Position numbers and translations under genes: made by a program | Notes under the pieces: generated by a model | Told to the model about the DNA's origin: nothing | Databases searched by the model: none | Seen by the model: the letters and a program-made list of their open reading frames with translations, nothing else | Assembly (NCBI GenBank): GCA_963841915.1 | Contig: CAWJEN010000006.1 | Location: 672,001 to 736,000 of the forward strand | From: an uncultured Planctomycetota bacterium | Lineage (GTDB): Bacteria; Planctomycetota; Phycisphaerae; Tepidisphaerales; Tepidisphaeraceae | Direction: 5' to 3' | Length of the DNA: 64,000 bases | Shown here: piece by piece, positions 36,361-44,597 of the stretch | Layout: the number at the start of each line of letters is the position of its first letter | Numbering within the stretch: the stretch's first letter is position 1

Positions 36361-37116
36361 TCACCCGTAGATGGTGAGCGAGAGCAAGAGCCCGACGCTG
36401 CCGCAGGAGATGCCGGCGATGGCCATGCCCTTGCCTGCGCCTTCGGGTTGACGCAGGGCGATGACGCCGAAGATCACCGCCAAGAGCGGGACGATGATTG
36501 TGCAGAAGGTCGGCAGCCCGACGATGCCCAGCACGAGCGACGCTGTTGCCATCCCGTTGCTCCCGCCGGCAGCTTCAAGCGTGGTGCCTTCCATCGTGAA
36601 AGGCATTCCGCAGTTGCGGCAGTTGTTGGCCTGGATCGGCGAACTCGTGCTGCACCGCGGGCAGCGGATGTACTGGTGGCCGTCGTCGCCGCGTTCGATC
36701 AGCGGTGCTCGCTCACCCGCGGCGGCGTAGGCGTGGACCGGGTGCGGGTCCTGCTTGATGACCTTGCCCGTCATCGGGTCGATCAGCCGTCCGCTGCGGT
36801 CGAGGATCGGAATAATGATCGTGTTGCTGCACGTCGGGCAATGCCCTTCCTGTCCGGCCATCGCACTGTTGGCCTCGAGGCGACTCGAGCAATACTGACA
36901 GTTGAAGCCGTAACGCCTGCCCGGCATCGGCGACGCCGAGGGCGTGACGACGGGGCGGCTCGGTCGGACGGGCTCGATGACTTCAGCCGTTGCGATATCG
37001 TCGTCGGCCGGGACGGGCATCGTCTCCTTGCACTTGGGACACCGCACCAGCCGACCCGTGGCATCGGCCGGGGCACGTAGCTTGGTGTCACACGTGGAGC
37101 AGGCAAACTCGGGCAT
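36361..37116 (-). CDS. multi zinc-ribbon protein with C-terminal DUF4190-like membrane domain
   Basis: three CxxC...CxxC pairs; SNGMATASLVLGIVG...FGVIAL...GKGMAIAGI..G. Confidence 0.8.
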   Translation of the reverse strand: MPEFACSTCDTKLRAPADATGRLVRCPKCKETMPVPADDDIATAEVIEPVRPSRPVVTPSASPMPGRRYGFNCQYCSSRLEANSAMAGQEGHCPTCSNTIIIPILDRSGRLIDPMTGKVIKQDPHPVHAYAAAGERAPLIERGDDGHQYIRCPRCSTSSPIQANNCRNCGMPFTMEGTTLEAAGGSNGMATASLVLGIVGLPTFCTIIVPLLAVIFGVIALRQPEGAGKGMAIAGISCGSVGLLLSLTIYG

Positions 37117-37203
37117 CCGTACTTATGGTACCGCCAAACCGGCCCAATGTTTCGTTGGGTGCAATAGTGTCCCCAGCCACGGCGTTCTACCGTCGCAACG
37201 CGT

Positions 37204-37803
37204 ATGGCGACTGACGATCCGAGCCCGACGCCCGACGATAGCGATCTGGTGGTCCGTCTGCAGTCGGGTGACGTGGCGGCGGGTGACGAGCTTGTGATCC
37301 GCCACACGCGGCCGTTGCTCGGATATCTGCGTCGCATCACCCGGGGCGACGTGTCGTTGGCCGAGGACTTGCATCAGGCGACGTGGTCGTCGGCTTTGGA
37401 ACACCTGGACAGCTTCGACGTTCGCGGCCGTGGGCCGGGCTTTAAGCCTTGGCTGTTCCGGATCGCGACGAACAAGGCGAACGATCATTTTCGTCGCCGC
37501 GGGCGGGAGGCGAGGCGGCTGGACCTGTTTGCAAGTGGTCCCGGTCCGCATCGTGCCGAGCCGGTCGTCGGTGAAGCGGTAGACGACGCCGAAGCCGCCG
37601 ATTCACTGCGGGCGGCTGTTGCGACGCTGCCCGAGCCGCAGCGGATGGTCGTCGAGCTCCGCTTCTGGGGCGGCCTGAAGTTCACGGAGATTGCCGAGGT
37701 CGTCGGTTGCCCGCTTAATACGGCATTGGGCCGCATGCATAAAGCGCTCAAAAAGCTGCGACACGCGCTACCGGCGACAATAAACGAGCCGTCGCTGCGT
37801 TAG
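37204..37803 (+). CDS. ECF RNA polymerase sigma factor
   Basis: AEDLHQATW, FKPWLFRIATN...DHFRR; LPEPQR.VV.LR...GL.F.EIAEVVGCPLNT...R. Confidence 0.92.
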   Translation: MATDDPSPTPDDSDLVVRLQSGDVAAGDELVIRHTRPLLGYLRRITRGDVSLAEDLHQATWSSALEHLDSFDVRGRGPGFKPWLFRIATNKANDHFRRRGREARRLDLFASGPGPHRAEPVVGEAVDDAEAADSLRAAVATLPEPQRMVVELRFWGGLKFTEIAEVVGCPLNTALGRMHKALKKLRHALPATINEPSLR

Positions 37804-37828
37804 ACGGATAGACCAGACCCCGACTTTC

Positions 37829-38425
37829 ATGCACCCTCACGACGATTCCATCACCGCCGCCCAGGCAGACGTTTATCTGCGAGCCGATGTCGACGGCCCG
37901 GCCGACGCCGAGGCGGCCGAGCTGCGTCGCGAGCTGAACCAGTTGGCGACCTGTGCGATGCAGCCGCTACCCGATCGTGACGAGCGACTAGCGATCAGGC
38001 AGACGCAGGCGCTTGTGCGGAATTGGGTGAATCGTCCGGTCGTCGCTGGTCGCATAGGGCCGGGTGACACGGCCGGTGGATCGGCGCTGGGTCGCTGGGT
38101 GCGCTGGCCTTTGGCCGCGGCGGCACTGCTTGTGGCAGGGCTGGTCACGCTCACATTCCTGGCCAATTCCGGATCGGCCACCGACCCAGGCCTGGCGGTA
38201 AACGGGACCGACACGAGCGGTCTTGGAACCGAGATCGACGGCCGCCGCCCGCCGAGGCCTGACGATCACGTAGATCGCTTTGACGAGCTGTTTGACTCAC
38301 CCGCGTTGTCGGATCGCCAGGATGAATTGTCCGCCGCCCTTGCGTGGATTGACATCGACTCACCGATCTACGAGGAAGAGGCAGTTTTCGAGTTGATCGA
38401 TTGGTCCGACGAAGGTTCCCTGTGA
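37829..38425 (+). CDS. putative anti-sigma factor (single TM helix)
   Basis: directly downstream of the ECF sigma; central WPLAAAALLVAGLV helix. Confidence 0.6.
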   Translation: MHPHDDSITAAQADVYLRADVDGPADAEAAELRRELNQLATCAMQPLPDRDERLAIRQTQALVRNWVNRPVVAGRIGPGDTAGGSALGRWVRWPLAAAALLVAGLVTLTFLANSGSATDPGLAVNGTDTSGLGTEIDGRRPPRPDDHVDRFDELFDSPALSDRQDELSAALAWIDIDSPIYEEEAVFELIDWSDEGSL

Positions 38426-38460
38426 TGACGATGCGACATGTGATGACGATGCGACATGTG
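38421..38460 (+). repeat. 18-bp tandem duplication
   Basis: TGTGATGACGATGCGACA x2 plus TGTG. Confidence 0.9.
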
Positions 38461-39129
38461 TACCCGATGATCGTGATGCTGGCACTTGCCGGGGCCGCTG
38501 TCATGCCCGCTTCGGCACAGCCGGTGGACGGCAAAGCGCCGGCTGACCGGGGTGAGCAACAGGAGCGACGGCCTGCACGTGTCAGCCCGCCGACCGACGA
38601 GCAATGGGAGCAGTCGCGGCAATTCCTCACCCAGCACTCGCCCAAGCGGCTCGACATGTACGACAGTTTCGTCAGTCGGCTGGGCGTCGATTTCGATGAC
38701 ATGTCCCGCAACGGCCGACTCGTGATGCGAATCCGGGCACGAATCCACGGGCAAGTCGCCGAGCTTCAGAAGCTGGAGGTGCGGGACCCGCGGCAGTATG
38801 AGCACGCGCTGATGCAGTACGAGACGGAGGACCACATTCTTCTCCAGCTGAGCAACGCCCGGCGTGCCGCTACGGAGGGTGACGAAGCGGCAGAGGCCAA
38901 GGCGCGGAAGGTGGCCGAAAAGTTGTCGGCGACGTACGTCGAGCGTGCCATGGCCGTCCGCAAAGAGTCTATCGAGCGGATGCAAAAGCGGATCGAAATC
39001 GAGACGAAGCGGCTCGAGAAAGACCGTGCTCGTGCGGAAGAACTCGAGGCCGAGCTGCTGGCAAAGTTCGAGCGACGGCTGCCGCGGCGACCGGCTGACG
39101 GCGGGACGACCACACGACCGGCCGAGTGA
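38425..39129 (+). CDS. exported helical hypothetical protein
   Basis: TGATG-coupled start; signal peptide (PASA/Q); charged helical body; third gene of the ECF operon. Confidence 0.7.
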   Translation: MTMRHVMTMRHVYPMIVMLALAGAAVMPASAQPVDGKAPADRGEQQERRPARVSPPTDEQWEQSRQFLTQHSPKRLDMYDSFVSRLGVDFDDMSRNGRLVMRIRARIHGQVAELQKLEVRDPRQYEHALMQYETEDHILLQLSNARRAATEGDEAAEAKARKVAEKLSATYVERAMAVRKESIERMQKRIEIETKRLEKDRARAEELEAELLAKFERRLPRRPADGGTTTRPAE

Positions 39130-40104
39130 TCATGTTGAAGCAGGCGGCGCCGGATACGTCGGCGTCTGGCCCAGACACACGGCCAGCACGTCACGCACAA
39201 CCCACGACATGTTCTCCGTTGCGACCTTCGTCCGGCTGGCCATGTGCGGCGTGAGGATGACACGGTCTGCGTGCTCGCGTTGCAGTGTCGCGTAAGGCGA
39301 ATCAGGCGTCGGGGGCTCCGGGTCATAGACGTCGATGGCCACGCCCGATAGCCGGCCGCTCGCCAGTGCGCTTGGCAACGCGGCGGCGTCAAGGACGAGG
39401 CCGCGGCTGGTGTTGATGAGGTAGCGGAACGACCCCCGCACGATCGCACCGCCGTCGATGAGGTGCCGATTCCCGGCCCGGCCGTCGACGTGGATCGACA
39501 AGAGGTCACACGTCGTCAGCAGCCGCTCAAAGTCGATGGGCGTCGCCGCGAGGCCGTCGTCCCGCACCGCGGCAGAGACGTCAGCGACATCGTAGTAGAC
39601 AACGCTAGCCCCATGCGCCTGCTCGAAAACGCGGGTGACGGCCCGGCCGACCCGGCCCATGCCGAGGATGCCGATCGTCAGGTCGGCTAAGTGTTCGCCT
39701 GCGTCTTGTCTGAGGATTTTGAAGCCATCGTTGGTGAAGTCGAGTGCGTTGGCGTGCCAAGGCCGCACGAGCTTGACCGCCAGCCCGCTGACGAATTCTG
39801 CGACGGCACGCGTGTTGGCGTCGGGCGTATAGACGACCTCGATGCCACGCGTCTGACAGGCAGCTACGTCAATCGACTCGAGCCCGACGCCGCCGCGACC
39901 GACGACTTTCAAGTGCTTGGCGTGGGCGAGCAGCTCGGCCGTGACGTTCGTGTACGACCGAACGACCATGCCGTCCGCCCTGGCGACGGCCGCTTCAAAG
40001 CCTTCGTCATCCGGGCCGACGTCCAGCACGTCGGCCCGCTCGCGCAGCCACGCCATCGGCTTGGCGTCGCCGCCTTCGGTCACCAGAATCGTCGGCTTGT
40101 TCAT
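39130..40104 (-). CDS. D-isomer-specific 2-hydroxyacid dehydrogenase (SerA-like, no ACT domain)
   Basis: LKVVGRGGVGL..ID, GILGMGRVG, INTSRG, DVYDPEP, LTPHMAS. Confidence 0.87.
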   Translation of the reverse strand: MNKPTILVTEGGDAKPMAWLRERADVLDVGPDDEGFEAAVARADGMVVRSYTNVTAELLAHAKHLKVVGRGGVGLESIDVAACQTRGIEVVYTPDANTRAVAEFVSGLAVKLVRPWHANALDFTNDGFKILRQDAGEHLADLTIGILGMGRVGRAVTRVFEQAHGASVVYYDVADVSAAVRDDGLAATPIDFERLLTTCDLLSIHVDGRAGNRHLIDGGAIVRGSFRYLINTSRGLVLDAAALPSALASGRLSGVAIDVYDPEPPTPDSPYATLQREHADRVILTPHMASRTKVATENMSWVVRDVLAVCLGQTPTYPAPPAST

Positions 40105-40733
40105 GTCGGCACCTCGGCGTCGGCCTCATCCACAGCTCGGCGGCCTTGTAAAGCGTCAGCCAGCATGTTCCGGTTCGCATATTCGATGGCCCCACCCGCA
40201 GGCAGTCCGCGGGCCAGCCGCGTGATCTTGACGCCTTTGAATCGGCGGACGATCTCGTCCCGCAGGAATAGGCTCGTCGCATCGCCTTCGAGCGTCGGAT
40301 TTGTGCCGAGGATGACTTCCTGAACGTCGTCATCGGCCACCCGCTTGAGCAATGCGTCGACCGTCAGATCCTCAGGCTCGATGCCTTCAAGCGGTGCGAG
40401 TCGGCCGAGTAGGACGTGGTACGTCCCGCGAAAAGCACCGACATCTTCGAGGGCGATGACATCTTTGGGCTGCTCGACGACGAGAACGACCTGCCGATCC
40501 CGCCGTGGGTCGTCGTAGATGATGCACCGCTCGCCGTCGGTCAGGTTGAAGGTGATCGGGCAGTGCCGGACACGTGTCTTGATGTCGCTGAGGGCCTCGG
40601 CAAAGGCGAGCACGTCTTCCTTGTCGTCGCGAAGTAGCTGAAAAACGATCCGTTCTGCCGACCTCGGGCCGATGCCGGGCAGGCGGCCGAAGTGGCGGAG
40701 CAGGGCATCGACGACGGGCAGGTTCTTGGCCAT
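40101..40733 (-). CDS. recR: recombination mediator RecR
   Basis: LPGIGPRSAER (HhH), VVEQPKDV, YHVL.G, EVILGTNPTLEGDAT, ITRLARGLP.GG.IEY. Confidence 0.95.
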   Translation of the reverse strand: MAKNLPVVDALLRHFGRLPGIGPRSAERIVFQLLRDDKEDVLAFAEALSDIKTRVRHCPITFNLTDGERCIIYDDPRRDRQVVLVVEQPKDVIALEDVGAFRGTYHVLLGRLAPLEGIEPEDLTVDALLKRVADDDVQEVILGTNPTLEGDATSLFLRDEIVRRFKGVKITRLARGLPAGGAIEYANRNMLADALQGRRAVDEADAEVPT

Positions 40734-40903
40734 CAGAAAGTCAACGGGCGGCAGAAGCGAAGCAGGGCGATTGTTGGAGCAGAAAGGCCATTTCGCTTCG
40801 GGACCGTTTGCGACTATAACCGCATCCTTGGCGGGTGTGGCCGCTTGTGCGGCCGATCACACCCCACCGCCAGACGTTTCCCCGTGAACGGAGACAAACA
40901 ACT

Positions 40904-41032
40904 ATGAAGAAGATCATCAAGCGTTTCGGCCTGCTGCTGCTCGTCGGCGCCCTCGTCAGCCCGATTGCCCTCACCTCCGGTTGCGAAGGTGATGTCGACG
41001 GCGACGGCGCCAGCCTCGAAGTCGGTGACTGA
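40904..41032 (+). CDS. small lipoprotein (42 aa)
   Basis: GGAG RBS; MKK + hydrophobic stretch + TSG-C; acidic 16-aa mature part. Confidence 0.65.
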   Translation: MKKIIKRFGLLLLVGALVSPIALTSGCEGDVDGDGASLEVGD

Positions 41033-41215
41033 GTGAAGCGGTTCGGCTGCCGAAAGAGGCCGATCCACCCACCCGTCCCACCAAGAGCGGTGGCAGCAAG
41101 CCACCCCAATTCGCCAACGCGTGAGACCGGGCGGCGTGTCGACTCTGCAAGAGTTCGACAGGCCCGGTATCCACGAAAACCAGCACCCGCGGCATCACGC
41201 CGCGGGTGCTGTGCG

Positions 41216-42025
41216 TTACGCGCCTGCGTGTGCCTTGGCCTCGCCCAGCAGCTTCACAAGCATCGCGCGGTCCCCGGCACCGATCGCCTCGACCAGCCTG
41301 CCAAGCTCGGCCTGCATGGCTTCTGCCGCCTGCGCGATGGAGCCGCGGTTGTCGAGCAGGATGTCGGCCCATAGGTCTGCACTTCCGCCCGCCACGCGTG
41401 TCGTGTCGCGGAATCCCGGACCGCCGCGCGTGGCTCGCGTGCCTGCCGTCAGCCGCAGCGCGACAGCCGCCAGGTGGGGCAGGTGACTGACCGTCGCCAT
41501 CAGGTCGTCGTGCGCCTCTGCCGTCAGCGTCGCATCGACCCGGCAACCGAGCTGTCGCCAGAAGTCACCGCCGCGTCCGGTGGTGTCATTTATGACGTAG
41601 CACGTCGCGTCGTCGAAGAGGTCGACCCGCGCTGCCGACGGCCCGCCTTGATGCGAACCGGCCATCGGGTGGGCGGCGACGAAGCGGCCGGCTAAGCCAA
41701 CGTCTACCGCTGCGTGCAGGACAGACGACTTCGTGCTGAGCGTGTCGGTCACGATAGCGTCGGACGACACACGTGGGGCCACCTGCCTGAGCACCTCGGC
41801 CGCGGCACCCACCGGCGTCGCCACGACGACCACATCGGCCTCTGCGACGCCGTCCAGTGACGCCGCCGCTTCATGGAACCCGCCGAAATCTCGCGCGGCC
41901 TCTGCGACGCTGTGGTCGCGGTCATACCCGACGACGTGCCCCACGCCCGCCCGGCGTGCCGCCAACCCCACGCTCGTGCCGAGCAGGCCGGTGCCGATGA
42001 CGAAGACGGAGCTGGGCAGGACCAC
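41216..42025 (-). CDS. tyrA: prephenate/arogenate dehydrogenase
   Basis: IGTGLLGTS, TDTLSTK, HPMAGS, HD..MATVSHLPH, GFRDTTRVA, W.DI..DN. Confidence 0.9.
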   Translation of the reverse strand: MVLPSSVFVIGTGLLGTSVGLAARRAGVGHVVGYDRDHSVAEAARDFGGFHEAAASLDGVAEADVVVVATPVGAAAEVLRQVAPRVSSDAIVTDTLSTKSSVLHAAVDVGLAGRFVAAHPMAGSHQGGPSAARVDLFDDATCYVINDTTGRGGDFWRQLGCRVDATLTAEAHDDLMATVSHLPHLAAVALRLTAGTRATRGGPGFRDTTRVAGGSADLWADILLDNRGSIAQAAEAMQAELGRLVEAIGAGDRAMLVKLLGEAKAHAGA

Positions 42026-42164
42026 GCATCACCCTAGAGACGGTGCCTTGTACCGGGCTGCGTTGTGTCCGACGCCTGCCCGTGTTGCCGCGTCGGTCGG
42101 CCGGTTCTAACGTGTCGGTGCCCGCGGGCGGGTTGAGCCCGCTACGCCAGCGGGCATTGAACGC

Positions 42165-43250
42165 ATGACTGCCACCCTTACCGAGCCGATGTCGTCTGCC
42201 GCGCCGTCGAGCAACGGGCAAAGCCAGTCGCACGCTGCCGATCGGCACGTGTTGCCTTTTGAAGAACCGGTCGCCGATCTCGAAACAAAGATTCTCGACC
42301 TCGATCGCCGCCAACGCCTCGAGGGCGGCGTCGATGTCTCTGCCGAGCTCAGCGAACTCCGCGACACCTACGCCCGGCTGCTCCGCAAGACCTACGACAA
42401 CCTCAGCGCCTGGCAAACGGTCCAGGTCGCAAGACACCCGCAAAGGCCGCTGTTCCTCGACTACGTGTCGATGCTCTGCCGCGAGTTCAAGGAAATTCAC
42501 GGCGACCGTCGGTACGGCGACGACCGTGCGATCCGCTGCGGCCTGGCCCGCATCGGTGGGCGGAAGGTCGTGCTCATCGGCCATCACAAAGGCCGCGACA
42601 CCAAAGAGCGTATCGAGTGCATGTTCGGCTGTGCCAACCCTGAGGGCTACCGCAAGGCTCTGCGGGCGATGAAGCTGGCCGAGAAGTTCAAGCTGCCGGT
42701 CGTCACGCTCGTCGACACGCCCGGTGCGTATCCGGGCGTCGGTGCCGAGGAGCGTGGCCAAGCCGAGAGCATCGCGGTCAACCTGATGGAGATGGCTCGG
42801 CTGCGGACGCCGATTGTCAGCGTCGTCATCGGCGAAGGTGGCAGCGGCGGGGCGCTTGGTCTTGCCGTCGCCGACGTTGTGGCCATGAGCCAGTACGCCT
42901 GGTACAGCGTCATCAGCCCCGAAGCCTGCAGCAGCATCCTATTCAAGGATGCAAGCCAGGCACCGCGGATGGCAGAGAGTCTGAAGCTCGTCAGCCGCGA
43001 CCTCATGCGGCTGGGCGTCATCGACGCGATCGTGCCCGAGCCCATCGGCGGGGCACACCGTGACCCGCTCGCCGCGGCCCACCAGTTGGAGCACTTCGTC
43101 ACCCGCTCGCTGCGTGATCTCGAGCGGCAGGGCAAGAAGGACATGGACGCGTTGCTCGAGCAGCGGTACCAGCGGTTCCGTCGGCTTGGCGACTTCACCG
43201 AGCCGGTGACCGACCAGGATCAGCCGCTCACTTTCACAGCAGCAGGCTGA
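42165..43250 (+). CDS. accA: acetyl-CoA carboxylase carboxyltransferase alpha subunit
   Basis: VQVARHPQRP, HGDRRYGDD, PEGYRKALR, DTPGAYPG, GEGGSGGAL, YSVISPE. Confidence 0.97.
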   Translation: MTATLTEPMSSAAPSSNGQSQSHAADRHVLPFEEPVADLETKILDLDRRQRLEGGVDVSAELSELRDTYARLLRKTYDNLSAWQTVQVARHPQRPLFLDYVSMLCREFKEIHGDRRYGDDRAIRCGLARIGGRKVVLIGHHKGRDTKERIECMFGCANPEGYRKALRAMKLAEKFKLPVVTLVDTPGAYPGVGAEERGQAESIAVNLMEMARLRTPIVSVVIGEGGSGGALGLAVADVVAMSQYAWYSVISPEACSSILFKDASQAPRMAESLKLVSRDLMRLGVIDAIVPEPIGGAHRDPLAAAHQLEHFVTRSLRDLERQGKKDMDALLEQRYQRFRRLGDFTEPVTDQDQPLTFTAAG

Positions 43251-43891
43251 TGACCCCGCCTGATCCTGCGCAGCGGCCGAGTCGTCTGGCGCTGGTCGCG
43301 CTTATCGCGTCGAATCTCATCCCGCTCGTCGGTGTCGCAGCGTTCGGCTGGAGCGTCCGATCGCTCATGCTTCTTTACTGGGCGGAGAACATCGTGGTCG
43401 CGTTCTACGCGGTCCTGCGGATGGTCAAGGTCGGTGGCCTTGTCGCACTGCCGACGGCGGCGTTCTTCTGCATCCACTTCGGCATCTTCACCGTCGTGCA
43501 CGGCGTCTTTGTCTTCACGCTCACCGCACCCAACGGCCCGCTGGGCGGTGCGGCCGTCACCGCCGACTCAATGCCGTGGCTGGCGGTGTTGGGCCTCCTT
43601 GCCAGTCACGGCGTCTCCTTCGTCGTCAACTTTCTCATCGGTGGCGAATGGCGGACGAGCAATATCACTTTAGAAATGGGCAAGCCGTATCCGCGCATGA
43701 TCATCCTGCACGTCGCCATCGTCATTGGCGCGTTCTTTGTCATGGCGCTGGGACAGCCGGCGGCACTCCTGATTCTGCTCGTGATGCTCAAGACCGGGCT
43801 CGACGTCGTCGTCCACCTGACCGGGCACCGCATGCGGATGGCCGTCAAACCTCTACCCGCGCCAGCAGCAGCCACATCACTGCCGCAATGA
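43250..43891 (+). CDS. DUF6498-like membrane protein
   Basis: NLIPLVGV..FGW....LLYWAEN, FFCIHFGIF..VHG, PY.R..ILH. Confidence 0.75.
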   Translation: MTPPDPAQRPSRLALVALIASNLIPLVGVAAFGWSVRSLMLLYWAENIVVAFYAVLRMVKVGGLVALPTAAFFCIHFGIFTVVHGVFVFTLTAPNGPLGGAAVTADSMPWLAVLGLLASHGVSFVVNFLIGGEWRTSNITLEMGKPYPRMIILHVAIVIGAFFVMALGQPAALLILLVMLKTGLDVVVHLTGHRMRMAVKPLPAPAAATSLPQ

Positions 43892-44486
43892 GGCAGAGCA
43901 GCAACCCGAGGCCGATCCACTGCAAGGTGGTTGCGACCCAACGCCGCCGAACGGTGCGTTTCTTCAGGCGAACCGCGTAATCGGCAGGTAAGTCGATGCG
44001 GCTGTAGGCGGCGGCGATGCGTTGCAGCCACTGGCCGACATCATTGTCCGCCACCTCGCGGAGTGCCCGCAGCGCGCCTTCTCGGTGCGTCGTTGCAGCG
44101 GTCATGCTGCAGTCCATTGCGATGCCAAGCTGCCGATCCGTCAGGCCCGCCCCGCGGGACAAGAGCAACGCTTCCTGCTGCTGGCGGTTGAGCTTGCGAA
44201 GGGCGGCGACGGCGGCGTTCGTTGGCACGTCGGCGTCAGACGCCAACGGGTCGGCGGGCGACAGCGTCGCGCTCGGCAGCGGCTGGTCACGCAGCGTTTG
44301 CACCGTGTGCCTTGGAAACCACCGGTCCGCCTGGGCGTCGTCCGTCCAGGTTTCAGCGGCACTCTGGGCATGATCGACGACGACATCGACCACCTTGTGC
44401 CCCACGCTTTGCGACGCGGACAAACTCATCGCCAGCCGCCAGACGAACGGCAGGTGCGTCGACAACTGAGCTTGAAGCGGCTTCAC
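43845..44486 (-). CDS. divergent ECF-sigma-like protein with C-terminal TM helix
   Basis: ALRKLNRQQQEALLL....GL...QLG.AM.CS......H...AL resembles sigma region 4; terminal WIGLGLLLCLIAAVMWLLL. Confidence 0.5.
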   Translation of the reverse strand: MKPLQAQLSTHLPFVWRLAMSLSASQSVGHKVVDVVVDHAQSAAETWTDDAQADRWFPRHTVQTLRDQPLPSATLSPADPLASDADVPTNAAVAALRKLNRQQQEALLLSRGAGLTDRQLGIAMDCSMTAATTHREGALRALREVADNDVGQWLQRIAAAYSRIDLPADYAVRLKKRTVRRRWVATTLQWIGLGLLLCLIAAVMWLLLARVEV

Positions 44487-44597
44487 TGGTGAAGCGTAGA
44501 ACAGGCGGTTTTCAGGCTGATGATTCGAATCATGCCACGCGTCATTAGGTGACAGATATAGGAGGCATCTGCTATCGGATGACTTAGCTCCGCGCCA

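Noticed and set aside
37086..37101. TGTCACACGTGGAGCA as an extra parS
   Set aside because: Three mismatches and explained by the CSTCDT codons of a zinc ribbon
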